Positions 52,770 through 62,017 of a DNA stretch of 64,000 nucleotides are shown piece by piece. The position numbers and the translations under genes were made by a program. The notes beneath the pieces are model-generated. The model ran no database searches, was not told the origin of the DNA, and saw only the letters and a program-made list of their open reading frames with translations. Origin of the DNA: Candidatus Latescibacterota bacterium (GTDB lineage Bacteria; Latescibacterota; UBA2968; GCA-2709665); the NCBI GenBank assembly GCA_963662665.2, contig CAXXJS010000030.1, forward strand, positions 32,001-96,000, read 5' to 3'. Position 1 is the stretch's first letter. The number at the start of each line of letters is the position of its first letter.

Positions 52770-55389
52770 TAGCCAATTGATTGACATTCCCCAAACTAGT
52801 AAGCCCCGATTCGATAACAGGACTAGCAACTTGGAACTCCGTTAAGATGTCACGCTCGTACGGTGGGGCAAACCACGCGCTCTCCCATTCTCTCTCGCCT
52901 TGGAGGACTTCGCGTAGGTGGGCTAAGCCTTCGTCTACGACTCTGGTGTCGCTCTGTTGAAAAGCTTTATCGAAAAATACCTCTACGGTTCTTAGCTGCT
53001 CAACTTGGATCTTTTGCTCTAGCACTTGCCGAATTTGTGCCCATTGACTCTCCAACTCTTGCAATCGGTCTGCGCGCTTTTGTTTCAATTGCTTCTCAAT
53101 ATCATCTAGCCGTCGGAACAGGGGCCCAAAGCGCAAGGGCTCTTCAATAGCCGCCGTTTCCATCGCGGCACTCATATTGGTACGTTCTTTTTCAACCAGC
53201 AGCCCGTCCACCATACCCTGTTCAATTTCGCTCCGCACTTTGGCGACCCCTTCCAATAAAGCCGTCCGGGATCCTTTGAGAGACTCTTCGTTTCGATCCA
53301 CAAATAACCTGCGCTCCTCGTCGTCCTTTAACGCGCTCTGTAATACATCGGTGAAGCGAAAATCCTGTCCTTCAATACGCATGCTACAGGCCGTACTTAA
53401 TTCACGTTCCTCAGCCAAAGATTGGCGCAAGAACGTGGCGATCTCGGCTTTATTATCCTCTCCAGGATAGCCGTCGTCGTCAAGGGACACTTCAGGGAGC
53501 CATAATAGGCGTCGTGCCAACGCCTGCTGCAACGAGATGCTCTCTCGCCGCATCCACATGTGGGGTTCTTTCATATTTGATTGTTCCTCTAACCCTAACA
53601 TACCTACTACCTGGTCAAAAGCCCGACGAAGAACATAACCACAGGCGGCTTCCGGCTGGGCTTGATCATCTCGTTGCATTAGGTCCAGTTCGGATTTGAT
53701 TTCCGGCCGGACGGTGTGTATATGATCATGCAACTCCTTCACTTGATCCGTCCACCAGTCACCCTTGTTTCTAACGAACTCTTGCTGCTCAATTAAGGAA
53801 CACCAGTTGTCCGCCAATGTTACTGCTTCTTCGACACTTCGTACTAATTGATCTCGGAAAACCCCGGACAGTGGCTTGGACGGTCGAGAAGATGCCAACT
53901 CTTGGTCGATCTGGTGGATGCGGTCTACAATCTGGGCTCGCCTTTGGAAACGCAAAATGCGCTCCCGGACCTGAACTATTTGATCTACTTGGTTATCCTT
54001 TACGGGAGTGAGAATGAAACTTAAATCGCCCTCTCGCTCAACTAGATACCGCAATATGTGAGTCGCCCTCGGGATTATCAGTCTCCGGTTTTGATTATTT
54101 TCCAAGAGCCGGCCAGCGTCTTTTGCAGTCCCGTCGATTTTTTCATTGATAATTGCCTGGTTCTCGACTCCTCGTAGATCGTCGTTTCGGAGAGGAAAGC
54201 CCGCTCTGGCAAAAACCCGGATAGCGTCGGAGAGTGCACCAAAGGCGGGATTGACTTCATCTCTTTGAGGAAGCCACCCGACGAGCCCGGCATGCGGGGC
54301 AATCAAGCTGGGACGAAGTGCCGCAGCCAATCCCAGTAGTTTTTCCGTAGTAGTTTGAGGTGCCCAATCCGAAGCAATTTCCAAAATGTCGCGGACTAAA
54401 CTGTCAGCATCGTCTTCCAACCAACGTGAACCCTGAAGCACGGTGAGCAGTTCAGGCGCAACAGGTACGTCACGACCGGATGCTCTTAGAGAACGAACCA
54501 GCCAATAAGCTCCGGCCGAATCACCTTCAGCTAATAGGCTCCAACTCAATGATTCCCAGTTTTCATCGGAGTCGTCTTTTTGTAAAAGTGCCGCTACATC
54601 CTGAACGGAGCGCAACGTTGGTGGCTTTTTTTCGGGGGGCTGGGGTGCGGACGTGGTCGGCTGGGTAGGCTTTGGTTCGGACTCTTCTCGCTTGTCTAAA
54701 CGTTCGGCTTCGTCCTTTTGCCCTGTGGAACTGGTTTCCCTCTTGGATTCTTCTTCGGATGGATGAGTTTCTTTTTTTTCCTCAAGCTGTTCGTCAGAAT
54801 CTGGGCGGTCGCCAGAAGTACCTTTTCCGGGCTTAGGGGGTTCCGTGCCGGGGTCGTCGTCGTCTTCAACTTCCTCATCTTGAGTCTGTTCCGGCTCCGG
54901 TTTGGTCGCCGCAAACCCCTGGTCGAGTTGCTTCGCCAGTGAATTTATCCGATCTTCCGTGTCGTTCAAGTCCGTCCGATGCTTGCGGGTTTCCTGGAAG
55001 TTTTCAGGCGATTGCTGCTTTAACAAGCGAAGCCCATTTAACTGCTCCAGCAGACTTCCCACCGTTTTCGCACGCTCCGAAACTTCGTCAGTAGGGCAAT
55101 CAGCCGCAAGCCAGTTGGCTATGTCCAAGTTCTCGAATTCAAAAAACACGATCTCGCTGGCGTAGTCCGCTCGCAATTGGTCCAACGCCCGTTGAAGATG
55201 CATGCGTCCGGCCTTCTTCCGCTCGTCGGACTTCCGATCAGCAATGAGCCGTACCTGTTCGACGAATCCGCTGACCTGATCTGATTCCCATTCCGAAGCA
55301 TCGGAAGGCCACTCTCGCAGTTCCTCAATAACATTGGCCCATCGCGTAACCTTCAGGCTCTCGTCATTGTGAATTTTGGCATCTCCCAT
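52770..55389 (-). pseudogene. 5' half of the IS-interrupted giant STAND-like NTPase (helical, with acidic/Pro-rich linker)
   Basis: Reads ...QLAS then VIEKGKT across the restored junction; restored product 1766 aa. Confidence 0.85.
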
Positions 55390-55454
55390 ATACGATCCTC
55401 AAAGTAGAATAAGCAGGATACGTTCCCGCATCATTTCGACCGTTGCCACCCCCC

Positions 55455-56753
55455 TCAATCCGCGGGGACCATTTCGGGGGCTTTGCGCGCGAAGGTATCG
55501 ATGGGCGGGAGGTTGCGGTCCGGGCCGAGTTCGAGCTGGCGTGGGCCGACCAGGATGTCCAGGTTGTCGCGCGTTTCGGCCATGTCCAGGTAGGCGGTGG
55601 AGGCTTCGACTTCACCCAGGTCCAGCGTATTCCTGATCCAGAGCACTTTGGCGTCGCACGGCTCGATGAGTCCGATGGATTCCAATCCGATCTGCAGGGC
55701 GTCCTCGTCGGTGGGAAAGTGCATGGGGATGGAGGCGGCGGGTGGATGCTGCCCGGTAATGGCGTTGATGTTCGTCGCGTAATGGTCGATTTTCTCGACC
55801 AGCCGGTCCGTGGTGAATTCGGCCATACCCACGCCCACGGCGTTGCCGTGGGTTTTTTCCGTGAGATCCCGAACGAAGATCCGCAGCACGCGAGGCGTGT
55901 CGCCGTCCATCGCACGGCGTTCGTTGCGCTTGCGCCCCACCACGTTGGTATCGATTCCGGAGCCGCTGATATCTTTACCCATTTCATCGATAATCAGCAG
56001 GTCCACGTCGTCGAACGGCAGCCGGGGGCACCAGGCCTTGGCCTTGACCAGAAGTTCCTTCTCCGCGCTTTCGAAATCCCGCGCGGGAACCGCGGCAATT
56101 TGCGCGGTTTCGTCGTAGCCGTTTTCAAGCAGGGCAATACCGAACGAAATCGGCATCTTTTCCCGGACCGTCTTTCCTACAACGCGCACGATCTTGTCGA
56201 AAGAGTGGTGGATTATGGCCCGGTGGTAAATCGTTGCGCCCTTGTGCTTTCCCAGGCCGATGAGCATCATCTTCATCAGTCCGCTTTCGATTTCACCCAC
56301 GAAGCCGGTGTGGGGTTTTACGCGGTTGACAACGACCACGTGGTCGGCCTCGGAGGCGCATTTGTCGAAATAGACCGGCATACCGAAATCGGTGACGCCA
56401 ATTTCAATCACGTCCATGGAGGACCTGACGGGGGCGCCAACCGCTGCTTCGGTAATGCCGTAATCGGCGAGGATCCCGGCCTGACCCTCCGCCGTGCCTC
56501 CGCCGTGGCTGCCCATTGCGGGAACGATAAAGGGCCTGGCGCCCAGCCCCACCATTTCGCTGACAATTGTCGCGATGACCGTGTCCAGGTTGGCGATGCC
56601 CCGTGACCCTGCGGCGATTGCTACGGTGTGTCCGGGCTTGATGGTTTCACCTGGGTTGAGGTTCCGGATTTCGCGCCGCGTGGCGCCCGGAATATCGTCT
56701 ACGCGCGGCGCGTCGAAATGTTGGCGAATCCGAAACATGCTGGGGTATTGCAT
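55455..56753 (-). CDS. Lactate racemase (LarA/DUF2088)-like domain protein
   Basis: 'AIAAGSRGI', 'PAMGSHGG', 'NRVKPHT', 'GLGKHKGA', 'GKDISGSGIDTNV'. Confidence 0.78.
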   Translation of the reverse strand: MQYPSMFRIRQHFDAPRVDDIPGATRREIRNLNPGETIKPGHTVAIAAGSRGIANLDTVIATIVSEMVGLGARPFIVPAMGSHGGGTAEGQAGILADYGITEAAVGAPVRSSMDVIEIGVTDFGMPVYFDKCASEADHVVVVNRVKPHTGFVGEIESGLMKMMLIGLGKHKGATIYHRAIIHHSFDKIVRVVGKTVREKMPISFGIALLENGYDETAQIAAVPARDFESAEKELLVKAKAWCPRLPFDDVDLLIIDEMGKDISGSGIDTNVVGRKRNERRAMDGDTPRVLRIFVRDLTEKTHGNAVGVGMAEFTTDRLVEKIDHYATNINAITGQHPPAASIPMHFPTDEDALQIGLESIGLIEPCDAKVLWIRNTLDLGEVEASTAYLDMAETRDNLDILVGPRQLELGPDRNLPPIDTFARKAPEMVPAD

Positions 56754-56840
56754 ATGGGGCCTCCGGTAGTCGAGGACGCTGGTCAGGTATCAAGCGGCAA
56801 TTAAACGGGTTTGCCGTTAAGGATCGGATGCGATGGACCA

Positions 56841-58013
56841 TCACATCGCGGCTTCGTACAACGCAATAATGTCCTTGAGTGTGGTGTGGCGGGGGTTGAT
56901 CCGGATATTTCCGCTCTTCATCGCATCTTCCGCCAGTACGGAAATGCCTTCGGGCGGGACGCCGACTTCGGAAAGCGTTCCTGGTATACCCACTTCCGCC
57001 GCCAGGGCTTTCACGGCTTCCACGGCAACGTCGGCGGCCTCCACGTGGGACAGGCCATCGATATTCTCACCCAATGCAGCGGCGATATCGGCGAAACGTT
57101 CCGGACAGGCGACTTTATTGAAGTCCATCACCCGTGTGAGCAGGATGGCGTTGGCAACGCCGTGAGGGACGCCGTAGTGGCCGCCCACGGCGTGGGACAT
57201 GGCGTGCACGTTGCCAAGGCGCGTCTGCGAGAAGGCGATGCCCGCCATATTGCTTGCGAGAAGCATCTGTTCGGTGGCGCCGTAATTGTGGTGGCTTGAC
57301 GCGGCCTGCCGGAGGTTGCGCGCAATAAGCCGGATCGCGTGCAGCGCCAGACCGTCGGAAATGGGGTTGGAGGCAAGGGCCACGTAGGATTCCACCGCGT
57401 GGGTAAGCGCGTCCATCCCGGTGGCGGCGGCGATTGGCATGGGCAGGGCAACGGCCGCATTGGTGTCGAGGATGCCGACGTCGGGAATGACGTGCGGGCC
57501 GCCAACAGTCGCCTTGAAGTGGTTCCTGTCCGTGACAACGGCGAACGGAGTGACTTCGCTGGCGGTGCCGTAGGTCGTGGGAACGCACAACAGGAAGGGT
57601 ATTCGTTTCCGGTCTTGAAGCAGGCCGAAGTGGTCTTCGATTCGGCCCCCGTTGGCGGAAAGCACCCCGGCACACTTGGCGGTGTCCATAGAAGACCCGC
57701 CGCCGATGGCCAGCAGCCAATCGCAGGCTTCTGACTCGTACAGATCGAAACAGGCCTGAACGACGTGAGCCGGAGGGTTTTCTTCCACGTCATTGTAAAC
57801 CACAAACGGGATACCCGCAGCCTCCAGGACTCTGGTGGTCTGCTGCGCCACGCCTGCCTTGACGAGGCCTTTGTCGGTAACGACGAGGGCCTTTTTTTCA
57901 TGGCGTTCGGAGAGAAGCTTTGGTATTTCCGAAACACTGCCGCGGCCGACAATAAGGCGGGTGGGGGAATGGAAAGAAAAGATATTCTGATCGGACACGA
58001 AACGTGCTCCCAT
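56841..58013 (-). CDS. Iron-containing alcohol dehydrogenase
   Basis: 'GGGSSMDTAK', 'PTTYGTASE', 'GMDALTHAVE', 'HAMSH...PHG'; start uncertain. Confidence 0.92.
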   Translation of the reverse strand: MGARFVSDQNIFSFHSPTRLIVGRGSVSEIPKLLSERHEKKALVVTDKGLVKAGVAQQTTRVLEAAGIPFVVYNDVEENPPAHVVQACFDLYESEACDWLLAIGGGSSMDTAKCAGVLSANGGRIEDHFGLLQDRKRIPFLLCVPTTYGTASEVTPFAVVTDRNHFKATVGGPHVIPDVGILDTNAAVALPMPIAAATGMDALTHAVESYVALASNPISDGLALHAIRLIARNLRQAASSHHNYGATEQMLLASNMAGIAFSQTRLGNVHAMSHAVGGHYGVPHGVANAILLTRVMDFNKVACPERFADIAAALGENIDGLSHVEAADVAVEAVKALAAEVGIPGTLSEVGVPPEGISVLAEDAMKSGNIRINPRHTTLKDIIALYEAAM

Positions 58014-58094
58014 TAGTAAAGATAGAATCCGAAAATGCCGTTCCATAATTTAGGCGTTACGTCACGTGCGGACAAGCAGATTCAGCGGTAAAGG

Positions 58095-58379
58095 CGGTGA
58101 GACGTGAGAGGGGAGACGGGAGATGATGCCTCCGCGTCTACAGGATATCGCTATGGCCTGGCGATGTCTATCAGCGTTACGGGCGGGACCTCTCCCCGCG
58201 GCCGCTCACCCCCGGGTGAGACGGAAGACGGGAGAGATTGCCTGCCCCGTGCGGTTTCATATCTTGCCAATGGCATTGAGGACGAACCAAACGGGCAAGG
58301 ACATCTTCTACCGTCTCACCTCTACCCTCTTCCCGCTTTCAGGTTTTTCCTCTGCCGGCTTACGTCTTACGTCTCACCG
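58095..58379. repeat. Intergenic element with nested inverted heptamer-repeat tracts
   Basis: GTGAGAC-type heptamers at 58097-58124 and 58216-58236; complementary GTCTCAC/GTCTTAC at 58311-58320 and 58357-58377. Confidence 0.6.
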
Positions 58380-58402
58380 GTTTTAGGGATTGATCCCGGT
58401 AG

Positions 58403-59416
58403 TCAGAAGATCTTGCCGATTTCATCCCGGTCGAATTCGGGGAGATCGGTCCAGCGGTTCTGAACGCGAACCCTGATTCCGAATTCCGGTGATTCCACGC
58501 GGCCGATGATCTCACAAGGGATGCCCGCGGTTCGGATGGCATCGCGAACCCGTCCGGTGTCTTCCGGCGCCAGGCCGATGAGCAGCGCGCCGGAGGAGAT
58601 AACGCCCAGCGGATCGAGTTGGAAGGCGTCACAGAGGAGGCGCGTTTCTTCCGAGGCGAAGAGTGCCTCCGAGTCCAGGGATAACCCGCAGTCCGAGGCC
58701 GCGGCGAGTTCGCGCAGCGCAGTGGCGACACCGCCTTCGGTGGGATCGTGCATCGCGTGTACAGAAGCGGTTTCGCAGGCGATGCGAGCCTCCTTAAGGA
58801 TACTGATTCCCGGTTCGCGAAGGTAGTCACGCGCGATCCTGAGCAGGGCCGGGTCGAATCCCCGTTCGCGCAGTTCGGTTTCTTTCTCCCTGGCCAGGAT
58901 GGCGGTGGCCTCGACCCCCAACCCCCTGGTCAGCAGAATGCTGTCGCCCGCCTGCAGGCCACTCGACCGTACAAGTTTATCGCGCGAGACCTCGCCCAGC
59001 ATCTGGCCGGCGACGATCGGCCGGTCCAGCCCCGCGGTGATTTCGGTATGGCCGCCGCAGAGGGAGACACCGATTTCACCCGCCGCGCGGCGGAGCGAGT
59101 CGAAGATGGTCCGGACCAGCGTTCCGTTCGTCTGGCCTTCCGGCAGGAGCAGCGTGGCCAGGAACCAGCGGGGAACGGCCCCCATTGTCGCAACGTCGTT
59201 CGCGTTGACGTGGACCGCATAGTGGCCGATTTCGTCCGTGGCGAAGGTGATGGGGTCGGTTTTCACCACGAGGCAGGTCTCGCCGAAATCGATGACGGCG
59301 GCGTCCTCGCCCACCTGGGGCCCCACCAGAACGCGCTTGTCTTCCACGACACAATCTCGAAGAAGACCGGAAAGCAAATCCAGCGGGAGTTTGCCGGTTG
59401 GCAGGAAGGTACACAT
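58403..59416 (-). CDS. AIR synthase-related (HypE/ThiL/PurM superfamily) protein
   Basis: 'GEDAAV', 'KTDPIT', 'VNANDVA', 'GGHTE', 'MHDPTEGG'. Confidence 0.85.
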   Translation of the reverse strand: MCTFLPTGKLPLDLLSGLLRDCVVEDKRVLVGPQVGEDAAVIDFGETCLVVKTDPITFATDEIGHYAVHVNANDVATMGAVPRWFLATLLLPEGQTNGTLVRTIFDSLRRAAGEIGVSLCGGHTEITAGLDRPIVAGQMLGEVSRDKLVRSSGLQAGDSILLTRGLGVEATAILAREKETELRERGFDPALLRIARDYLREPGISILKEARIACETASVHAMHDPTEGGVATALRELAAASDCGLSLDSEALFASEETRLLCDAFQLDPLGVISSGALLIGLAPEDTGRVRDAIRTAGIPCEIIGRVESPEFGIRVRVQNRWTDLPEFDRDEIGKIF

Positions 59417-59475
59417 ATTCGCGGGTTGACTGAAAGGTCGACAGAAGCCTGGGGTGTTCACCGCCACTGGAATTT

Positions 59476-59504
59476 ACGATAGGCCAAATCCGGGGGGTTG
59501 TCAA
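59476..59504 (-). promoter_or_regulatory. Putative sigma70 promoter
   Basis: Minus strand TTGACA-17 bp-TATCGT. Confidence 0.55.
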
Positions 59505-59613
59505 TGGTTTTGCGGGGTCACATTGCGATCCATCCCGGGAAGGTCGGCAGAACCGTCGATTGGATGATTTTTCAATCCGTGCCGGTTGCCTGTTGACGGA
59601 ACCCGTAGCGGGA

Positions 59614-60666
59614 TCAGGATTCGAAGCAGGATCTGAGCTCTGCTGTGCGGGGATCGGGGCTGAGGGGCGTTGCGAGAATTTGTCGAAGTTGCTCCAGCCG
59701 TGCTTTGGGGTTCCGCCAGCTATGCAGCAACGGATGATGGGGATCGGGCAGGGCACCCAGGAGAGATTGCGCGGCCAGCAGGTGGAAAACAAAGTGGTGT
59801 CCGTCCAGCAGGGCCGCAATCTCCGTTTCCGGCTCTGTTCGGTATTCGGCTGCAAGGGCGGCATATCGCGCGGCAAGCGCAGGCGTCAGCGCGCTGCAAG
59901 TCCTGCCCTCCGGTCGACCTGCGCCATGGGAGGTCGTGTACTGGGTCAACCGGCGCTCGGGCCAGTCCCAGCCGATTTTTGAGAATTCAATAAAACGCAG
60001 GGTTTGCGCGGCCGGGTTGATGACGATGTTGCGGGCCTGATAGTCGGTCGGGCCGGGCAGCGGCGTCGCCCGTTCGAGGAACTGAAGAAGCTCAGCGAGT
60101 ACATTGCGGATTCTGGTGGAACGCTTGCGGATCGCAGTTTCCGAGAGCGCTTCAGCGAGACGCGGCAGGGCAAGAGGTCGGGTGGTTCGCCGCCAGGTCC
60201 GACGCAGTTCCTGCGGGCAGCAACCCGGAAAGGACCGCGGAGAGAAAACTTCGCGCTGTGCGTGAAAGGCGGATTGAATTTGGGAAAAACCCACCACGGC
60301 GAGACTGCCGTAGCCTTCCGCGGCGCCATCCTGGCAGACGTCGTCGAGGGTGTGGTCTCCGCACCATTCGTAAAAAACCAGGTCGTGTTCCAAATCGGCG
60401 GCATAGAGCCTGGGGATGGGTCCATCGGACAGGCACGCGTGGACAAGCTGTTCAACGGCGAGCAGGTCGTGGGGTCTGCCGCGTGTCAGGGGAGCGAATA
60501 CGTGGTGTTTGGCCACGAGGAGTGAGCCGTCGCCGAGAGCGACTCTCCAGACGTTCGGGTGCCGTGGAACGGGCTGGATTTCCGTCACCGCGAAATCGCC
60601 GGGAACGGTGGTGGGAGCGATACGCCGGACGGCCGCGATCAACGGGTCGGTGGAAGGAACACGCAT
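59614..60666 (-). CDS. Aminoglycoside/choline phosphotransferase-fold protein (atypical motifs)
   Basis: 'VAKHH', 'IPRLYA', 'TDYQARNI' (HxDxxxxN-like), 'FIEFS' (DF-like). Confidence 0.55.
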   Translation of the reverse strand: MRVPSTDPLIAAVRRIAPTTVPGDFAVTEIQPVPRHPNVWRVALGDGSLLVAKHHVFAPLTRGRPHDLLAVEQLVHACLSDGPIPRLYAADLEHDLVFYEWCGDHTLDDVCQDGAAEGYGSLAVVGFSQIQSAFHAQREVFSPRSFPGCCPQELRRTWRRTTRPLALPRLAEALSETAIRKRSTRIRNVLAELLQFLERATPLPGPTDYQARNIVINPAAQTLRFIEFSKIGWDWPERRLTQYTTSHGAGRPEGRTCSALTPALAARYAALAAEYRTEPETEIAALLDGHHFVFHLLAAQSLLGALPDPHHPLLHSWRNPKARLEQLRQILATPLSPDPRTAELRSCFES

Positions 60667-60683
60667 GGATCGAGAAGGACGCC

Positions 60684-61955
60684 TTACTTCTGCCGGGTCT
60701 GCCTCTTTCGCAGGGTCAGAAATTCCGGTGCTTCACGAATGCAGGAGACAAGGATGCCCAGAGAACGACGGAATGCGCTGAACCCGGTGCGTTGGATCTC
60801 GGCGGCGGCGTCTCCCACGTTCTCAAAGCCGGCGTCCGTCGGGACCGCGACCTCCCAGTTTCTGAACAGCCGGCCCCAGGCGCTTTCCAGAACCTCCCGC
60901 ATGCGTTTCCTGGCGAGAAAAGGGTACCAGAAGCTGTCGTGGTAGAGAACGCTGGCGAGATAGGACCAGGGCGCGAGGAACGTCTTGAGAGACCACTCGA
61001 CGGGCCTCTTGAGAGGTCCCCAGTAGATCTTGTGCTGCATTCGGGAGGCAAAGGTCATTTTACGGAAGGGTCCCGAGAATTGCCAGTTTTCCCCGGCCGC
61101 GGCAATATCACCAACAATCTGAATCCGGCGCGGGTCGCCGCAACCCAGGCCCCGGTCGTGGGCGAGCCGGATGTATTTGATGGAGAGCGGATCCATTCCC
61201 ATCATTTTAGCGGCCACCGCATCGATGGCCACCTGGTCGGCGCCAGCCAGGATTACGTTCTTAACAAACGGAACCATGCACCGTGGGCCGGGTCCGTCTC
61301 CGGCAAACGTGCCGTCCATCACGGCGAATACACCGGGATGGATCTTCTTCTGGATCATCAACAGGTCTACGAGGGTCTCGTGAATGACCGGATGGGTCCA
61401 GTGACGCCGTTCGTTGAGCAGACCGCCGAACGCGTTTTTCATGGCCCCGGTTGTGGTGGTAAATACGTGGGTCTTTACGGTGGGCAGATGGACGATGTTC
61501 TCCCCGATCAGGCGTCTGGGAATGTGAAAGCCTTCCGGATAGACCTGGTTAAGGCATATGAACTCATCGGCGAGGCTGCCCACCGCATCCCGGACGTGGA
61601 TCCATTCTTCGCCTTCATAGAGGTGGATATTGCGCAGGCCGTGGGTGTTTACCACGTTGACCTGTTTGTTCTCACGCTCGCCCAGGCGTGCGTCGATAAC
61701 GACCGTTCGGTTATGGCAGGCGTGGATCAGGTCCTTGCGATAACCGTCCTTTGCCATGGCGCGGATCACGCCTTCGAGTTGCCACGGGGTCGTGGAACTT
61801 CCGGGGTAGAAGAAATGCCAGGAGATATTGACCTTGAGGGCGGTGTCCAGCCCCTTGTCCAGGACGTCCTGGTACCCGGCCAGGTTCATGAGCCTGTGAT
61901 AGTCTCTCAAGACGGTTTCAGGTCTGGTTTTTAGAACGGCAACCTGGCTCTGCAT
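60684..61955 (-). CDS. DUF362 domain protein
   Basis: 'LKVN', 'LPTVKTH', 'TGAMKNAFG', 'MDGT..GDGPGP', 'DQVAIDA'. Confidence 0.82.
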   Translation of the reverse strand: MQSQVAVLKTRPETVLRDYHRLMNLAGYQDVLDKGLDTALKVNISWHFFYPGSSTTPWQLEGVIRAMAKDGYRKDLIHACHNRTVVIDARLGERENKQVNVVNTHGLRNIHLYEGEEWIHVRDAVGSLADEFICLNQVYPEGFHIPRRLIGENIVHLPTVKTHVFTTTTGAMKNAFGGLLNERRHWTHPVIHETLVDLLMIQKKIHPGVFAVMDGTFAGDGPGPRCMVPFVKNVILAGADQVAIDAVAAKMMGMDPLSIKYIRLAHDRGLGCGDPRRIQIVGDIAAAGENWQFSGPFRKMTFASRMQHKIYWGPLKRPVEWSLKTFLAPWSYLASVLYHDSFWYPFLARKRMREVLESAWGRLFRNWEVAVPTDAGFENVGDAAAEIQRTGFSAFRRSLGILVSCIREAPEFLTLRKRQTRQK

Positions 61956-62017
61956 TTCGCGTGCTTTCGAGCGGAGGCGGGGAGGCGGTGGGGCCGGCAG
62001 AGGTCGAACGACAACGG

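Larger units (their letters stand above)
27425..55454. other. Defence island (~28 kb), no integrase seen
   Basis: Visibly lower GC than the flanks; type I R-M, dcm/vsr, helicase-nuclease, STAND-like NTPase, IS630. Confidence 0.85.

Noticed and set aside
27425-55454. Prophage or ICE interpretation of the island
   Set aside because: No integrase, phage structural, conjugation or replication genes, and no flanking att repeat or tRNA seen.
58403-59416. Calling this gene hypE
   Set aside because: No hydrogenase genes nearby and it lacks the C-terminal Cys (PRIC) of HypE.
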